From NCBI RefSeq assembly GCF_000743755.1, contig NW_014569523.1:1-64000 (forward strand): a stretch of DNA of 64,000 bases, read 5' to 3'. A model generated the notes under the pieces. That model had not been told where the DNA came from and did no database searches. It saw nothing but the letters and a program-made list of their open reading frames with translations. Both the position numbers and the translations under genes were made by a program. Every line of letters starts with the position of its first letter. The stretch's first letter is position 1. This stretch comes from Blastocystis sp. subtype 4 (lineage: Eukaryota). Positions 37,740 through 51,100 of the stretch are shown here, one piece after another.

Positions 37740-40700
37740 CTACTGCGTTTGACATTTTGAAGGGTCATCTAAATCGAAATCCGAGAGTTTGCTCAGTTTA
37801 GCAGGTGATTGAACATCTTTTGTTCTTTTGATCGGAGTTTTTCTTCCAGGAGGCGTATCCAATTTTACACCACCCTTTCGTTTCAATTCTTCTACTTGCT
37901 GCTTCAGCTCATCAATCTTCACAGTCAATCGTAGATTCTCTTGTTCCAAAAACGCTCTCGAACTCCCATACGAACTAGTACTTGTATTATTCTGTGCCTC
38001 TCTTAGATCTCCTTCCAACTCTTCAATCTTCAATTCACACTCTTTTACACGCTTCTGAGCCAACTCCAGCTCCTCTTCCACTTTCATTTTTGCTTGCTTC
38101 GCCTGAACGGCTTCCTGTGTTGCCTTTGCGTTCTTCTCCAACAAATCCTTGTTCATAGCTTTCAATTCATTTTTCACTGTGATCACACGACGAATCGACT
38201 CTAATCGTTCCTGAGTCATCTTGGTTTTCTCCAACTCCTTGTTCCGAGAGCGAAGCTTCTCATATTTTGTCTTTGCTTGACTCAAGGACTGACTCAGACG
38301 CTCATTATAGTGTTCTAGCTTCTCTGAGTATTCTTTCAATAGTCCTAACTCACTCTCAATGGTTGTTACTCGCTCCTTCATCTCCATAAATTCAGTATAC
38401 TTTGACTGGATTGTCTGCTGTAAGCGTGTGCAACGGTCATTCGCCTCCTTCAATTCCTTCTTTAACGACACCACTTCCTTATCATCCTCACATATCTTAG
38501 AGACTCGCTTTCCTTCTGGAGATAGAATGGGTTCCTTCTTAGGACGCTGAGGTGAAGGTGATGAGTGAGAAAATGAAGGTGTTTCCATTGCATCTGACAT
38601 CTCACTATCCTCTAGAGAAGCCTTCTCTGTTTCTTGTCGGGCCAACTGCATCTCTGACTCCATAGTTGCCATTTTTTCTCTCAACAGGGATAGTTCTGAT
38701 TCTAGTTTCGATTTCTCCTCCAGAATTCTCTTCACTTCTGCCTCTAGATCTGCGATTCGGACACGACTTCGTTCGTTTGCATCTGTTGCTACCGCCAAAA
38801 AAGCTTCGCTTTCCTTCAACTCCCTCTGTAGGGAATCTGCTTCACGATATCCATCAGCATACGAACCACGTAACCCTTCCAATTGATCCATCAATCGTTG
38901 AACTTCGGCTTGTGATGCTGCTTTCTCACGTCGTAAGAGACATAACTGTTGTGTGAGAGTATTCAGATCATCTTCATCAAGGACTTTATTGGTGTCCATA
39001 GCCAGAATCTCTTCATCTGAGCACTGAATGACACGTTGAAGTGAACTCATCTCTACCTGAAGTTGTTTTACCAAGAGATTACTAGAGTGCATTGACTTCT
39101 TCACTTCTCCAAGCTCATCTGTTAAGGACTTTTTCTCCTTTTCAAGAGCAGAAACAGACTTGTGAAGTGATTTGTTGACAGTCTTTTCCTTCTTTTCCAA
39201 CAGAGTAATCTGAGTTTGTAGTGCATGTATCGTGGCTTCCTTCTGATGCAGTTGACTTTGGAGTTCTGTTAGCGTCTTTTCCAGTTCCCGTTGAACAGAC
39301 TGGAGTTGACTGTCCTTCTCCTTCAGCATCTCTTCATCTCTTCGAATCATCTCCTCCTTCTCCTTCTCAAATCTCGTCAGAATCTCCTCCTTCTCCTTTT
39401 CTAACCTCCTCAGAGTCTCCTCCTTCTCTTTCTTCATCCTGGTCAAGTCTTCTTCCTTCTCCTTCTCCATCTTTGTCACAATCACATCTCTATCTCGATT
39501 CATTCTCTCTATCACTTCCTTTTTCTCTTGTTGTCCTTTCTCTACTGCTTCTTTCAATATCTCAACACTCTCCAAGGACTCTTGAGCCAAAATTCTCAAT
39601 TGTTCCGTCTCTTGTCTCCACTCTTCTGCTTGCTGGATTCGACTTCGTAGCGAACCTCGTTCCTCTTCCAACCTCTCCAGCTGTTGGCGAAGCGCAGTCA
39701 TGTCACTCTGCAATTGTTCCAACGATCCCTCTAACTTGATTTTCTCCTCCAAAAGTGACTCCTTTTCTCTGATTGCTGTTTCCTTCTCTAATATCGCTCT
39801 ATTACATTCATCTTCTCCATGTTTCACTTCTGTCTGTAACTCCATTGTTGATTCTTGAAGCGATTTCACTTCAGGAATCAACACAAAGAGTTGTTCTGTC
39901 ATACGAGCGTTCTCAGTCTCTAACTGTTCCTTCGCCTTCATTACCTCGTCTAGCTGGTTCTGAAGCGAATCTCGTTCTCGTTCCCATTCCTCTTGTTTCT
40001 TCTTCATCTCATCATTAGACCTTCGTAATTCCTTCATCTGATTTGTTATCTGCTGCATGACCGAAGATAAATCCTGTGGTTCATTCAAAGAAGTTCCAGC
40101 TTCTTGATAAGCCTCAGAGAGTAAGGACATATGCTTTGCTACCAGCAACCATTCCATATTCTGCTTTCGCAACCTCTCCAACTCTTGTTGCGCTTGCTGG
40201 AGTACTCTCTCCTCCTCTTGTTGTCGTCCCAATACCTCAGTCAATTGTTGCTCCAATTCATCTACTTTCTTCTCAGAAACTCCCAGTTTATTCAATACTT
40301 CGGTGAGGGTTGATTGGAGGTCCTGTTCTCTTGCCTGACTCAGTACTAACTCTGCTTCCACACTCGACTTCTCGGTCCTTTGCTTTTGGAGTAACAGTTC
40401 CTTATCATGCATATCTCGACTCATATCCTCCAAACGAGTCTGAACCTCAGTCCACTCACGATCTCTCTGTTGGAGAGAACCACTATCCTCTACAGACGAG
40501 GAACCAGCTTGAAGCTGCTGCTTCAGAGTTTCATTCTCTTTTCGTAGCTTCCTAATGAGTGCCTTGTCATCCAACACTTCATTCACCTTTGCTGCCGTGT
40601 TCACTGATTTGGCTCGCTGAGCAAACTTCAAAGTACTTACTGTCTCCATCTACTCGTCAACACTCTCGTCTTCTCCTACACAAAACGAGGAGGCTGGAGT

Positions 40701-41780
40701 TACACAAGCAATAATCGCAGTACGGGCGTTTCCATCTAATGAAGACTGGAGAAGACGAGTAAGTTTGCTGTCACGATAACTGATATGACTGTTCTCTGCT
40801 GTTTTGCTTGCCAGCGCTGAGATTACACGAGATAAAACAGACAGACTCAGATTGATCTTTCTGGCTTCATCCAGAGTCTCGCCTGTTGCTCCTGTGTACT
40901 TCACACTCTCCGAACCAGCAAGATCCACAAGAGATAACTGGCTCACCAACACACCTCCAGGATCTGAAGAGGCTTCAGCGAGGTCTGGTCGCAATCGACT
41001 TTCACAAATGATACGAAAGATAGTATGAGAACGGCTGGACTGCTGATTCATGTTAGTGACTCCTACATGACGATTCTTCTCACCAACTTGCAACAACTAC
41101 ATATCAACATCTCATCTCACTCCGAACTGTAAGCAAGTCATTATAATTGTGAATTACTTCTTCTCGTGATTCCACATAGACTCCCCGTTCATAACTTTCA
41201 CGAATACGCAAATTTGGAGTGGAAGGATCCAATAAATCCTTCACTTCTTCTTTATAAATTTCAACATACGAAGCTCGCAGAATAAACTCACGAGTTTTTG
41301 TACTCGCTACATAATCAAAGATATCTTTGGAAGCTAAATAGAGTAAACCTGGAGAAGATTCATCTCCATGCATTGTATACGTTTTCCCTGAGGATGTTTG
41401 ACCATAGGCAAAGATCGTTCCTACAATAAAATGACACATCGATAAAGTTACCATTGATTCCCTGAACAAAAGAATCAACAATATGCTTCCCAACCCCTTT
41501 GTAGACATCTTCAGTGGTGGATTCATGTCCAAATACACAATCTAAAGGATAGTAATAAGCTTAGACATAACCATACCATAGGAATAAATCGAATTTGGGA
41601 TTACACTATCTTTCTCATCCACTTGGTGAAGACACCGCAATGCGGAATTACATTTCCAGCAATTCCGATTTCCTTGCGTCAGCTATGAAATAGTGTTACA
41701 TAACGAAAAGTTACTTCTCGGGCATTTAGAGGACGAACTCTCACTGCAACTGCAATGTGTTCTTGTGTAGAGTCGTTCAT
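37740..41780 (-). CDS. CENPE: Kinesin-7 / CENP-E-like motor with long coiled coil and C-terminal CaaX
   Basis: [67 protein letters not shown] and [13 protein letters not shown]. Ends PSKCQTQ-TAG. Confidence 0.85.
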
Positions 41781-41901
41781 ACAATGTGCAAGTCTAACAA
41801 TCAAAGAATCGCTGAGAAAATGAAGTCAGAATTTGAAATACTCTTGTGAAAATAGGGAGAAAATGTGGAGTGACCAGACACTTAACCATTTATAAAGAGT
41901 G

Positions 41902-43508
41902 ATGATACGTAGTTACCCGTACTTGTTAAGGAGTATTGGAAATGTGGCCACTAAGTCTTCATTCCCAATGCTTCCTGTACTTGCTCGTAGCATGAGTAGT
42001 ATGGTGGGCAGGAACTCCTGTTACAGTATACGACAGCATTACGTAGCCTCATATCCATATACTGTGGATAGTTCAGCTATGGTACAGAGAAAAGAAGAAT
42101 GGTAATAAATTAGAATGGAATGTATCGATTTCATCATAAACAGTCGGGACCACAAATGTCCGAAAAGGAATTGGAGCAGCAACATGAATCACAGAAGATT
42201 GCCTACTGGAGTCTGGGTGTGGATATTTTCATGACAACTGTGAAAGGTGCGGTCGGTTGGATGTTGAATTCGACTTCAATCATTGCAGATATATCCTTAA
42301 TCCTAAAGGCTTCTTGTATTCTTGACTCGATTACGCTGCACACTCTCTATCATCGATGGTGGTCGATCTCGTTACATTAGGATGTGTAAAGATCTGCCGT
42401 CGACCACCCAATAAGAAATGGGTGTTTGGTTATGGGAAGATTGAGACTGTAACATGTACTGGAATCTAATCATCCATAGCTTTCATGTCTTGCTGTAGGT
42501 GGTCTGCTGATCGGAACGGCCGGAGGTGTCTTTGTTCATGCCTACGAACTGTTCATGGCAATGGTGCATCCAGCACCTATTGATCCTTCAATTATCCAAG
42601 CCGGAGCTGCATCAGCTGAAATTGCTGCTGTTGCTCACACAGGTATTATCAATAATCCCAAATATTATTTCCTTTTAAATAGTATTGGTGTAGGAACCGT
42701 TGCCGGAACAATCTTCATCAAATATTGGATCTATTTGTGGTCCAATCGTTTGGCGAAGAAATATGATAGCAACGTTCTCTATGCGAATGCTCTTCATCAT
42801 CGTGCAGATGCTCTTTCGTCTATTGTTGCACTCGTGGGTCTTTGTGGCCGAGTATTCGAGATGCAGAAGGTTGATGTATAGTATATTGGCGCTCCATGGC
42901 TTGACCCGATTGGTGGTGCTATGGTAGGATATACAATTTTGAAAGCTGGTTATGATATTTGTCGAGATGCACTAAAGGAGGCATTAGATGTACATGTGTT
43001 GGATATGTATGATAAATAGCTTGGAGTCGATGATAAGACTCGTCTGAAGATTATTACAGCCGTAAACAATGTGAAAAGTGAAGATTTCCGCATTGAAGAA
43101 TTACTCGCTCGCCGCTCAGGATCTTTCATGTAGCAATATTTCATTCTACTCATTTCAAGACATACGATTGTTCGTATCTGTCCTCCTCAGAATGCATCTT
43201 TAGAAGACATCTTCGTAAACAAGGATAAGATTGATATGGCATTGCGCAATCTTGAAGGTGTTTGCATTTTCTCTGTTGAAATGGTTAATCCTTATGCTCA
43301 TCACAGACAATTGCTACTAGGAGGAGGTGCTGGAATTCATACAGAGATTCCTCAGGAAGGAGAAAAACCTGTTGTTGAAATCATTCCTGAGAATAGTGAT
43401 AATGATGAATCGATCATCCCGCCTGAGAAGAAGGATGATGTTGAAGTCGTAATTACGAACGAGATTGTGAATCCCAAAATTGGCATTCTTCCAGAGGAAA
43501 GGAAATGA
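41902..43508 (+). CDS. Mitochondrial cation diffusion facilitator (MMT1/MTP6-like)
   Basis: Presequence-like N-terminus, then SIIAD-AAHSLS (across an AT-AC intron), RPP...FGYGKIE, ANALHHRADALSS, WLDPIGG and RRSGSF. Confidence 0.85.
42291..42334 (+). other. U12-type (AT-AC) intron, 44 nt, in the CDF transporter gene
   Basis: 5' site ATATCCTT, branch-like TTCTTGAC at 42319-42326 and 3' TTAC. Splicing reconstitutes the CDF motif IADAAHSLS. Confidence 0.9.
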
Positions 43509-43572
43509 GATGTGTAGTCTTTTACTGAGTGATTTGTTGAAAGCATGGATTTGTGTTTGAAAGAAACAGAAA

Positions 43573-44458
43573 AGAAGAGGAGTGAGAAAATAAGCACTAA
43601 AGCGATCAAAAACAGACAAAAGATGGTTTTAATCTCACACCAATCTACACATTACACATTTCCTTTGATTCCACTGTTGGTATGTAGAAATCTCTCCACC
43701 TGGCGCCGATTGTGCTCCAATTTCGTTTGAGAAACATCGACTTGGATTTCAACCTCATCGATAAGACGATCATGTTGCTGAATTTCATCTTGAATTGTAT
43801 GTGCCATATCATTGAGCCTCTGGACTCCCGAGCTTATCTCATCGATCATATCTTCTTGTTCCTGAATCAGTTGCTTCACGTTACAATATCCCCCATTTTA
43901 TACTTCTTTGATAATACGATTCCCTTTTGCTGCTAAATCTTCTTGATCTTCGTGGGCTACTGCATTTGTTAGATCCTCCTTCAGCGCCTTATTTTCTTTG
44001 CGGATCGACATTCTTTGTTTCCGCATATTATCTCGAATTGAATGAACGATCACTTTGATATCAGCGAGATACTTCCTCCTTCTTTCCATTTCTTCCTACA
44101 ATCATGATAAAATGACGAATTTACATTGTCAATATATTGAAAACGACTTGAATCTCTATTCTTCTCAATGATACCCATACAACGTGTTAGCTCCGAAATC
44201 AAGTTTTCCATATCATCTAATTGAGCCAATAAATCTACCTTCTCAGAAACAATAAGAAATCCACACCTCTTGTGTATACACGGAGTTGATCATTCGAGAT
44301 GTTAGTTTGCTCAGAATCTGTTACAGTTTTCCACTTCTCGAACAGTTCTTTCGTATCTTTTAGTCGCTTGTCAAAAGTCCTGGGATGTAACCGAACAAAG
44401 AGATATCGTACTGCTGTGCATAAAAATATGGATCTCCTGAGATATTGAGTTTATTCAT
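43573..44458 (-). CDS. Syntaxin-6/Tlg1-like Qc-SNARE; stop probably created by polyadenylation
   Basis: N-terminal GDPYF, SNARE motif EQEDMIDEISSGVQRLNDMAHTIQDEIQQHDRLIDE and C-terminal TM IFCLFLIALVLIFSLLF. No genomic stop until 43352. A codon-initial T at 43573 lies 5 nt before TGTTTCTT (43568-43561). Confidence 0.82.
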
Positions 44459-44527
44459 AGGAAATCCGCACAAGTCAACAAATGGAATGAAGTCACAAAC
44501 AAAGAAAACGAATAAAATAACGATGTT

Positions 44528-47500
44528 CTAGTTGTGTTTTCTTCTCTTTGCAGATCCTTCTTTGGCTCCCTTCTTTGCAGCACCAATTAGATTCTTGAAC
44601 TTTCCAATCGTCTGATTCTTCTTCTTCTTGCTCAGAATTCGTGAATCTAACGAGATATAAGCATATGGATCCACATTTCCCTTCTTCATATCTCCTTTAG
44701 CCTTTGTGGCTCGGAACCGAGATCCATCTTCATTCACATTTCGTTTCATGCCACCTGAACGACGGATTGAACCGATCTTTCTACCTCCCTTCTTTTCCTC
44801 TTCATCCACTTCCTCACTTGGAGCAGTTCTCTTCTTTGTCTCTTCCTCTTCTTCTTCCTCATCCTCTTTGACAATAAATCGTCCATTTTCATCCATTTCT
44901 AGTTCACTCTCGCTCTCACTCTCCTCTCGACGAGAACGCACACCACGTGTAACATCTTCCACATTCAATAAATCCAATGTCTCTTCTCCGTCATGAATAT
45001 ACCGAGCTCGGCCTTGCTGCTTTCCATTCCGAGTTGAATCAGCTTCTTCTTCCTATTCATTACTTTCACTTCAATCTCTCACGTCATGTTTCTTTGTATT
45101 TTCTTTTCTACGTTCCATTCGTAGAATGTTTGTTAGTAGAGCCAAATCCTCTTCAGGCATTAGAGAACGTACTTCTTCCTCACCAACACGGCGTAACAAT
45201 ACTTCGAGAATGCTTCGAATCGTAGTTCGGAACTTATTTTTGTTCTCACTTCCAGTTGCCATGACATGTTCCATAATCGCATCGATTTCTGTCATCAAAT
45301 CATCTTCATTTAAAAGTCGACATGCAATGCGAATATATCGTAAGCCAGCCTTCACAAGTTCTCTATTCCCCATCTTCATCAGCTCATAAACACAATGCAA
45401 CACATCCAGAAGGATATCCTCACATGGATTGGTCTTCCAATGATAACGGAGAACTACAGCCAGTGACAACACAGCAGCTGCTTGCATATGAGTTGACTGA
45501 GCCGTCAAGCAGGCTGTAAGGAGTCCTAAGTATTCTCGCAATGAAGCTTGATGAGTAGAACCATCGTTACGTTGATATGAAACAGTAGAATGAGCCATAA
45601 CATCAGAGAATCGAGTTACTATAGCCAAGCAAATAGCTCGGACCTTCTTACTCGAGTCCTTCACACAAAGAACAACTTCAGGCAACACTTGTAGGATGAA
45701 CTGAATATGAGCCTCATTCCCTGGATCCAAAGAACGAGAGAGATACGATAGACACTTCAAACGATACTTCTTACTCACAACACTAATTGACAATATACTC
45801 TCTACTAGCATTGATTGGATATCTGAAAGCATTGATGTGAGTAAGAGTGTTGAATGATATTTGCAAATACACAGAAGACAGAAATAAACTCGTTTTTGGA
45901 GAATTGGTATCTCATCATTATTCAGATGAGGTCGTAAACATCGTATGATCACTGTAACCTCTTCATTTCATTCATTCTTATCATTCCCTACCATCATCCT
46001 TCACATATCGAATTACTGTTGATAATAAACCAGTCAGAATGATACTCTGACCAGCACACAAGTCTGCTTCGGCTGGATTATCGTTCGTAAAGGCAGTTAA
46101 CAACTTCCCTAAGATCTGTTTCAGTAGCTTGCTCACTAATTCGCTTGGAGCAATTGAAAACATGGTCTCCAGAGCACAACGAACCACCTGAACACTTGCA
46201 TTATCACCACCAACTCCAATTCCAGAAAATCGAGGGATTTCGGTTGAGAAATCACCATGCCATTGCTCGTAGAGACTCAACAAAGTCATTAGCAACTCTT
46301 CACAAAGTCTCTGGAGAGCCTCCAAATTCGCTGTGGCGATGGAACGATCTAAACGAGGAGCTCGTGTAGTGTTGAGAATCTCGAGGAAGGGAATCTTGAA
46401 ATTAGGAATTCACAAAATACCCACGATTTCTTCTCCCAGATCTTCATCTCGAATCCTCCCTTCTTGAATCTCAGGATCCGTTTCACTCTCACTGTCATTC
46501 TCACTCTCAATTTCTGGGCTCTCTTGTTGATCCTCCAAAGCCAACTGATTGCTGCGAATAAGGAGAGTCAGTCCTTTACAGACGATTACACTCAGTTCAC
46601 GATATGTAGAGTCTGTCATAGCTCCCATGATACTCTTGCTGTACATTGGTAACATTGTCATAGCATCCACAGCACACACACAGAACGATCCAAACATACT
46701 CCAAATATCAACGACATAAGTCACATAACGACGCTTCAGAGCTGGATTGGAAGCACGAGAAGCTGCTGCATGACAAGCCTTTGCGATGGGTAAGAGTCTA
46801 CGAATGATATCTCTTCATCAGAGATACTGTTCGAAGAAGAACTGGAGATGACTCTGAGAATGACGGACATGATCACTAATCAACTGAAAGAGGAAGTAGT
46901 GATTCTCGGAAGGAAGACCTGTTTGAGGATCCTATGAGTAATCACAGGAGTTCAATCTTTACCACAATAGGAACAATACTGATAAATACTTCAGGACCTA
47001 AGGCCTCAACACAATAACCCATGGTCTTCGTCAGAATCATTTGGAATCTAGAGATGAGAACTGGAATGAAAAGATACGCAGAGTCACCCTGGACAGAGGA
47101 ATCATAAATAGCAAGTAGCTGCTGGAGGAGATCACCAAAGAGATTAGGGTACACAGGTCCAATGAGACGGACCATAGCTGAGATTACAGGCAACAGATAG
47201 GTCCAGGCATGCTGATATCTGAATTGGAGAGTATCGAGATAGAGTTGAACAAATTGTTGAGCAATGCCTTCAGGGAAAGATTGTGATACTAAGGAAGAGA
47301 GAGATGGATAGAAATCAATTAGAAACATGGCAATGGATTTGTGAAGAGCCATATCAGGTGTCAGGAAGTATGCAATTGTTCCCTTAGTGATTGTGATAAA
47401 GGTATTGAGATAAGTAGGTGCATCCATAAGGAGAAGAGAACGACACAGCAAGGACAGAACTGTGACATATTCAGTCGTATCTTTCTCATTGGCAGTGACA

Positions 47501-48384
47501 GGAGATGGAAGAGCTTGGAGTTGAGTGAATGCAGATGTAATAAGTTCAGGTTCCAAATAACGATCTGATTCAATGAGAATCTTTAGAGGATGCAAGGCTC
47601 GAGTATCAATCATAGGACACTGATGTTGACGAAGCTAGAAATGAGATAAAGAGATGATAGAAGACTTTGAAAAGAAGCTGGAAAAGAGTAGGATAGAAAA
47701 ATTGATTGATGAGAAGAATGGCTCTTGCAACGAACATCAGATAATTAATGACATCATGATAATCATCTTCGTTGAACTCCTTGCAAAGAACATCGAGTTG
47801 ACGAATGATCTGTCGAGATGTAATGGAAAAACCATTCTGCGAGTGCACCTCCAGGATTTGAAGCAATACATCCTGAGCAAAACGACGTACCTTACCACTA
47901 TCGTGCATACAAGATGAAAGTAGTAAAGAAAAAGACTTCTTCACAATACTGGATTCCCAGAGTTCTGAAGACGTTTCTTGAACAATCAGAATCTCTCCAA
48001 TACAAGCCACAAGAGAACGAACTGCTGATGGCTCGATATCGTTTTGATGGGATTTGTAAATGTTCAAGAAAATGTCCAAACAATCATTGCACTTTAAACG
48101 CTTGACATTGTCAGAAACACTTGGTAAAACGACTTGGAGGAGATATAGCAACTAAACGTAAGAACATGAAAAAAGAACCATACACTTCGTCGCCTATCCG
48201 TGTCCTGGGTAAGAGTGGACATGAGACATGAAAAATACTCCACTGGAGAAGGCAAATAGGTAGAGACACCTTTTTTCGATCTGATGATCTCGTCGACCGC
48301 TTCCAGGACATTGTAGTTTTCTGACTTGTATTTATCAGAACTCTCTTTATGTCTGCGGACTTCAGCAAACACGTCTTGATTCAT
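44528..48384 (-). CDS. RRP12: Ribosome biogenesis HEAT protein Rrp12
   Basis: SPVEYFSCL, GKVRRFAQD, MGYCVEALGPE, LPEVVLCVKD, RELVKAGL and C-terminal RFRATKAKGDMKKGNVDPYAYISLD. Confidence 0.9.
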
Positions 48385-48533
48385 CCCAATGTCGACTCAG
48401 GAATTCACTGGGATCAAACTATTGTGACAGAAAAAGGACCCATTTCCATCATAGATATGACCTCTTTCTGGAATACGAATAAAATAGCCGATTCTGATAG
48501 GGTCAAATCTCCAATTCTTCGTAGTTTCTCTTC

Positions 48534-51076
48534 ATGTTAACTCGTTTGCATCCCCTACGATCCTTTCTCCATACTCAACTAGGTATTTGGCAGAATCGAG
48601 GAATCAATCGTCTGTTTGGGTCGACAAACGAGATGGTAATAGAACTAGATCTGTTGTCATTGTTATAGAAGAAAAATTACCTTTCTATGATTCGCAATAT
48701 CGGGATCTTTGCCCATATCGATGCAGGAAAGACTACAACCACTGAAAAGATGTTGTACTATGCTGGTATTGTCAGAGAGCCGGGAAATGTGGATGATGGA
48801 AATACAGTCGTTTTCAAGTCAATGTGTGAGAGGTAGGTTACGGATTTCCTGCAGGAAGAACGTGAGAGAGGGATTACGATTCAAAGTGCGGCAATCTCGT
48901 TTCCATGGAAGTCAAGTATTGTGAATCTGATCGATACTCCTGGACATGTGGACTTTTCAATTGAAGTTGAACGTTGTCTCCGTGTCCTCGATGGTGGAAT
49001 TGCTGTTCTAGATGGGGTTGCAGGTGTCGAAGCTCAGAGTGAGTCTATTCTCCTCCTATGATTGTAGCTGAAACTGTCTGGGAACAAGCCAATCGCTACC
49101 GTCTTCCTCGTCTTCTCTATATAAACAAAATGGATCGAATCGGTGCTGACTTTGATCGAGTTGTATGAGGTTCAGGGTTATTCTGATGATCAGACTGTTT
49201 CGGTGAAAGAACGATTGGGAGTCTCATGCCTGAAGCTGCAGTATCCTCATTTCGTGGATGAACGATTCTGTGGTATGATTGATGTGATTCATCATAATTA
49301 CATTCGTTTTGCAGAAAATGATGAGGGAGATTTCACAGAAGAGACGTTACCAAGTGAACTGGTATCAAAAGCAGATAGTTTACGAGATGAATTGATCGAG
49401 CAATTAGCTGAAGTTGATAATAGTTATTCTGACTTGTATTTGGAAGTGAGAATAAGACGAAGGAGTCATTGAATAGGGTAAAACGAGTCAAATGCAAGAT
49501 CCATCTCAATTAACAGCTGCAGTGCGCAGAGTTCTTCTTAATGAAGCAAAGAACCATCGTTTTGATCAAGTCCCCGTATTCTGTGGAAGTTCTCTGAAAA
49601 ATAAAGGTGTTCAGCAATTGCTAGATGCTGTAGATGCCTTATTACCTTCACCATTGGATGTAGCTCTCCCAGATATATTTTACTATGTTAATAAGGAACT
49701 CCTTTCCATTCCATTTGAAGATGCCTTGCATGGTAAAGCTTCTCCTTCGCTTTCTCGATACTTAAAAAAGAAACCATTAATCATGTATGCTTTCAAACTT
49801 CAGTACACAACCCAAGGGATGATCGTCTTTGCTCGAGTATATCAAGGAGAATTAAAAACCAAAGGAACAGTATACAATACTCGAACGAAGAAAACAGAGA
49901 AGGTGTTAAGGTTAGTTCATATCTTTGATTGTCATACTTAGAATCATGCAGATTAGTGCTGATCATACGGATTCATTAGATGCAGTACGTACAGGACAGA
50001 TTGTAGCCTTGCATGGACTAACGAGTGTCCAAACTGGTGATACTCTTGTTACTCCCAAAGATGCTCCAAGCTTTTTGTTAGAACCTATTCGTCCTAGTGC
50101 ACCTGTCTTTACTGTGAATGTGGAAGCAGAGAATCAAGTCCAACTTACCAAGCTAGAGAAGGTTCTCTCTGTATTGTCAAAGGAAGATCCCTCTCTTCAA
50201 GTACAGAATGATGAAGAATCAGCTCAACTTCTCCTCTCTGGAATGGGTGAACTTCACTTAGAGGTCCTTCAGCAACGCCTAAAACGGGAGTTCGGCTTGG
50301 AGGCTTTCTATAGCAAAATGCGTGTGAATTATCGAGAAACTGTTGGTGAAGAATCTATTTTGACAGGTGAATATGATCGAACTGTGAATAATCGTTCGTA
50401 TCACGTGAAAGTGGGTGTGGAAGTGAGTCCTTCTGTGAAGGATGATAATGAAATCATTGTGGATGATAATAAGTACTGTTCGTATGATTCTCTTATCTAG
50501 ATTCAACACAACTACACGTCTCACAGATGAGATGGTTCATATTCTTCGAGAAGGAATTCACTCATGTCTCTCTCGTGGACCAATTCTGGGTTATTCAATG
50601 CATAATGTGAGAGTGAGTATGAAACCAGAACTGTGCTTATGGGAACCTCAGACTCCGTCCATTGTTGTTCAAGCGGCACTAATCACTTGTTTGAGTTCAG
50701 GGTTGCGTGAGCATCGTAACATACTTCTAGAGCCTGTGATGAAATATGAAGCAAACATTAATACCGAGAGTCTGGGGAATGTAGTCAGTGATTTGACCTC
50801 GAGTAAATACTGAGGTGAAGAATGAATTGTAGAACGCCGAGGAGTCATTAAGGAGATTGGATCGAATGTATCGGTATGGGATGAGAGTGGGGTATCATGT
50901 GTTAGCAAGTGTGTCCAAAGTCAATTATTCATGCAGAAGTCCCTTTAGCCGAAATGATTGGTTACTCATCGATCATACGTATTCTCACTGGAGGTGAGAA
51001 TTCATTCTCTTTATCTTTTGACAAATATGTGGAAGTACCTGATGATGTAGTTGAAAGTATCAAGAAGATGGAATGA
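48534..51076 (+). CDS. GFM2: Mitochondrial EF-G2 (ribosome-releasing factor 2)
   Basis: Presequence, then [81 protein letters not shown] and LLEPVM. TGA at 51074-51076. Confidence 0.85.
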
Positions 51077-51100
51077 TGTGTTTAAGTCAACAAACAATAA

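Noticed and set aside
43352..43572. Apparent antisense coding overlap between the syntaxin ORF and the CDF 3' end
   Set aside because: Better explained by a poly(A)-created stop at 43573.
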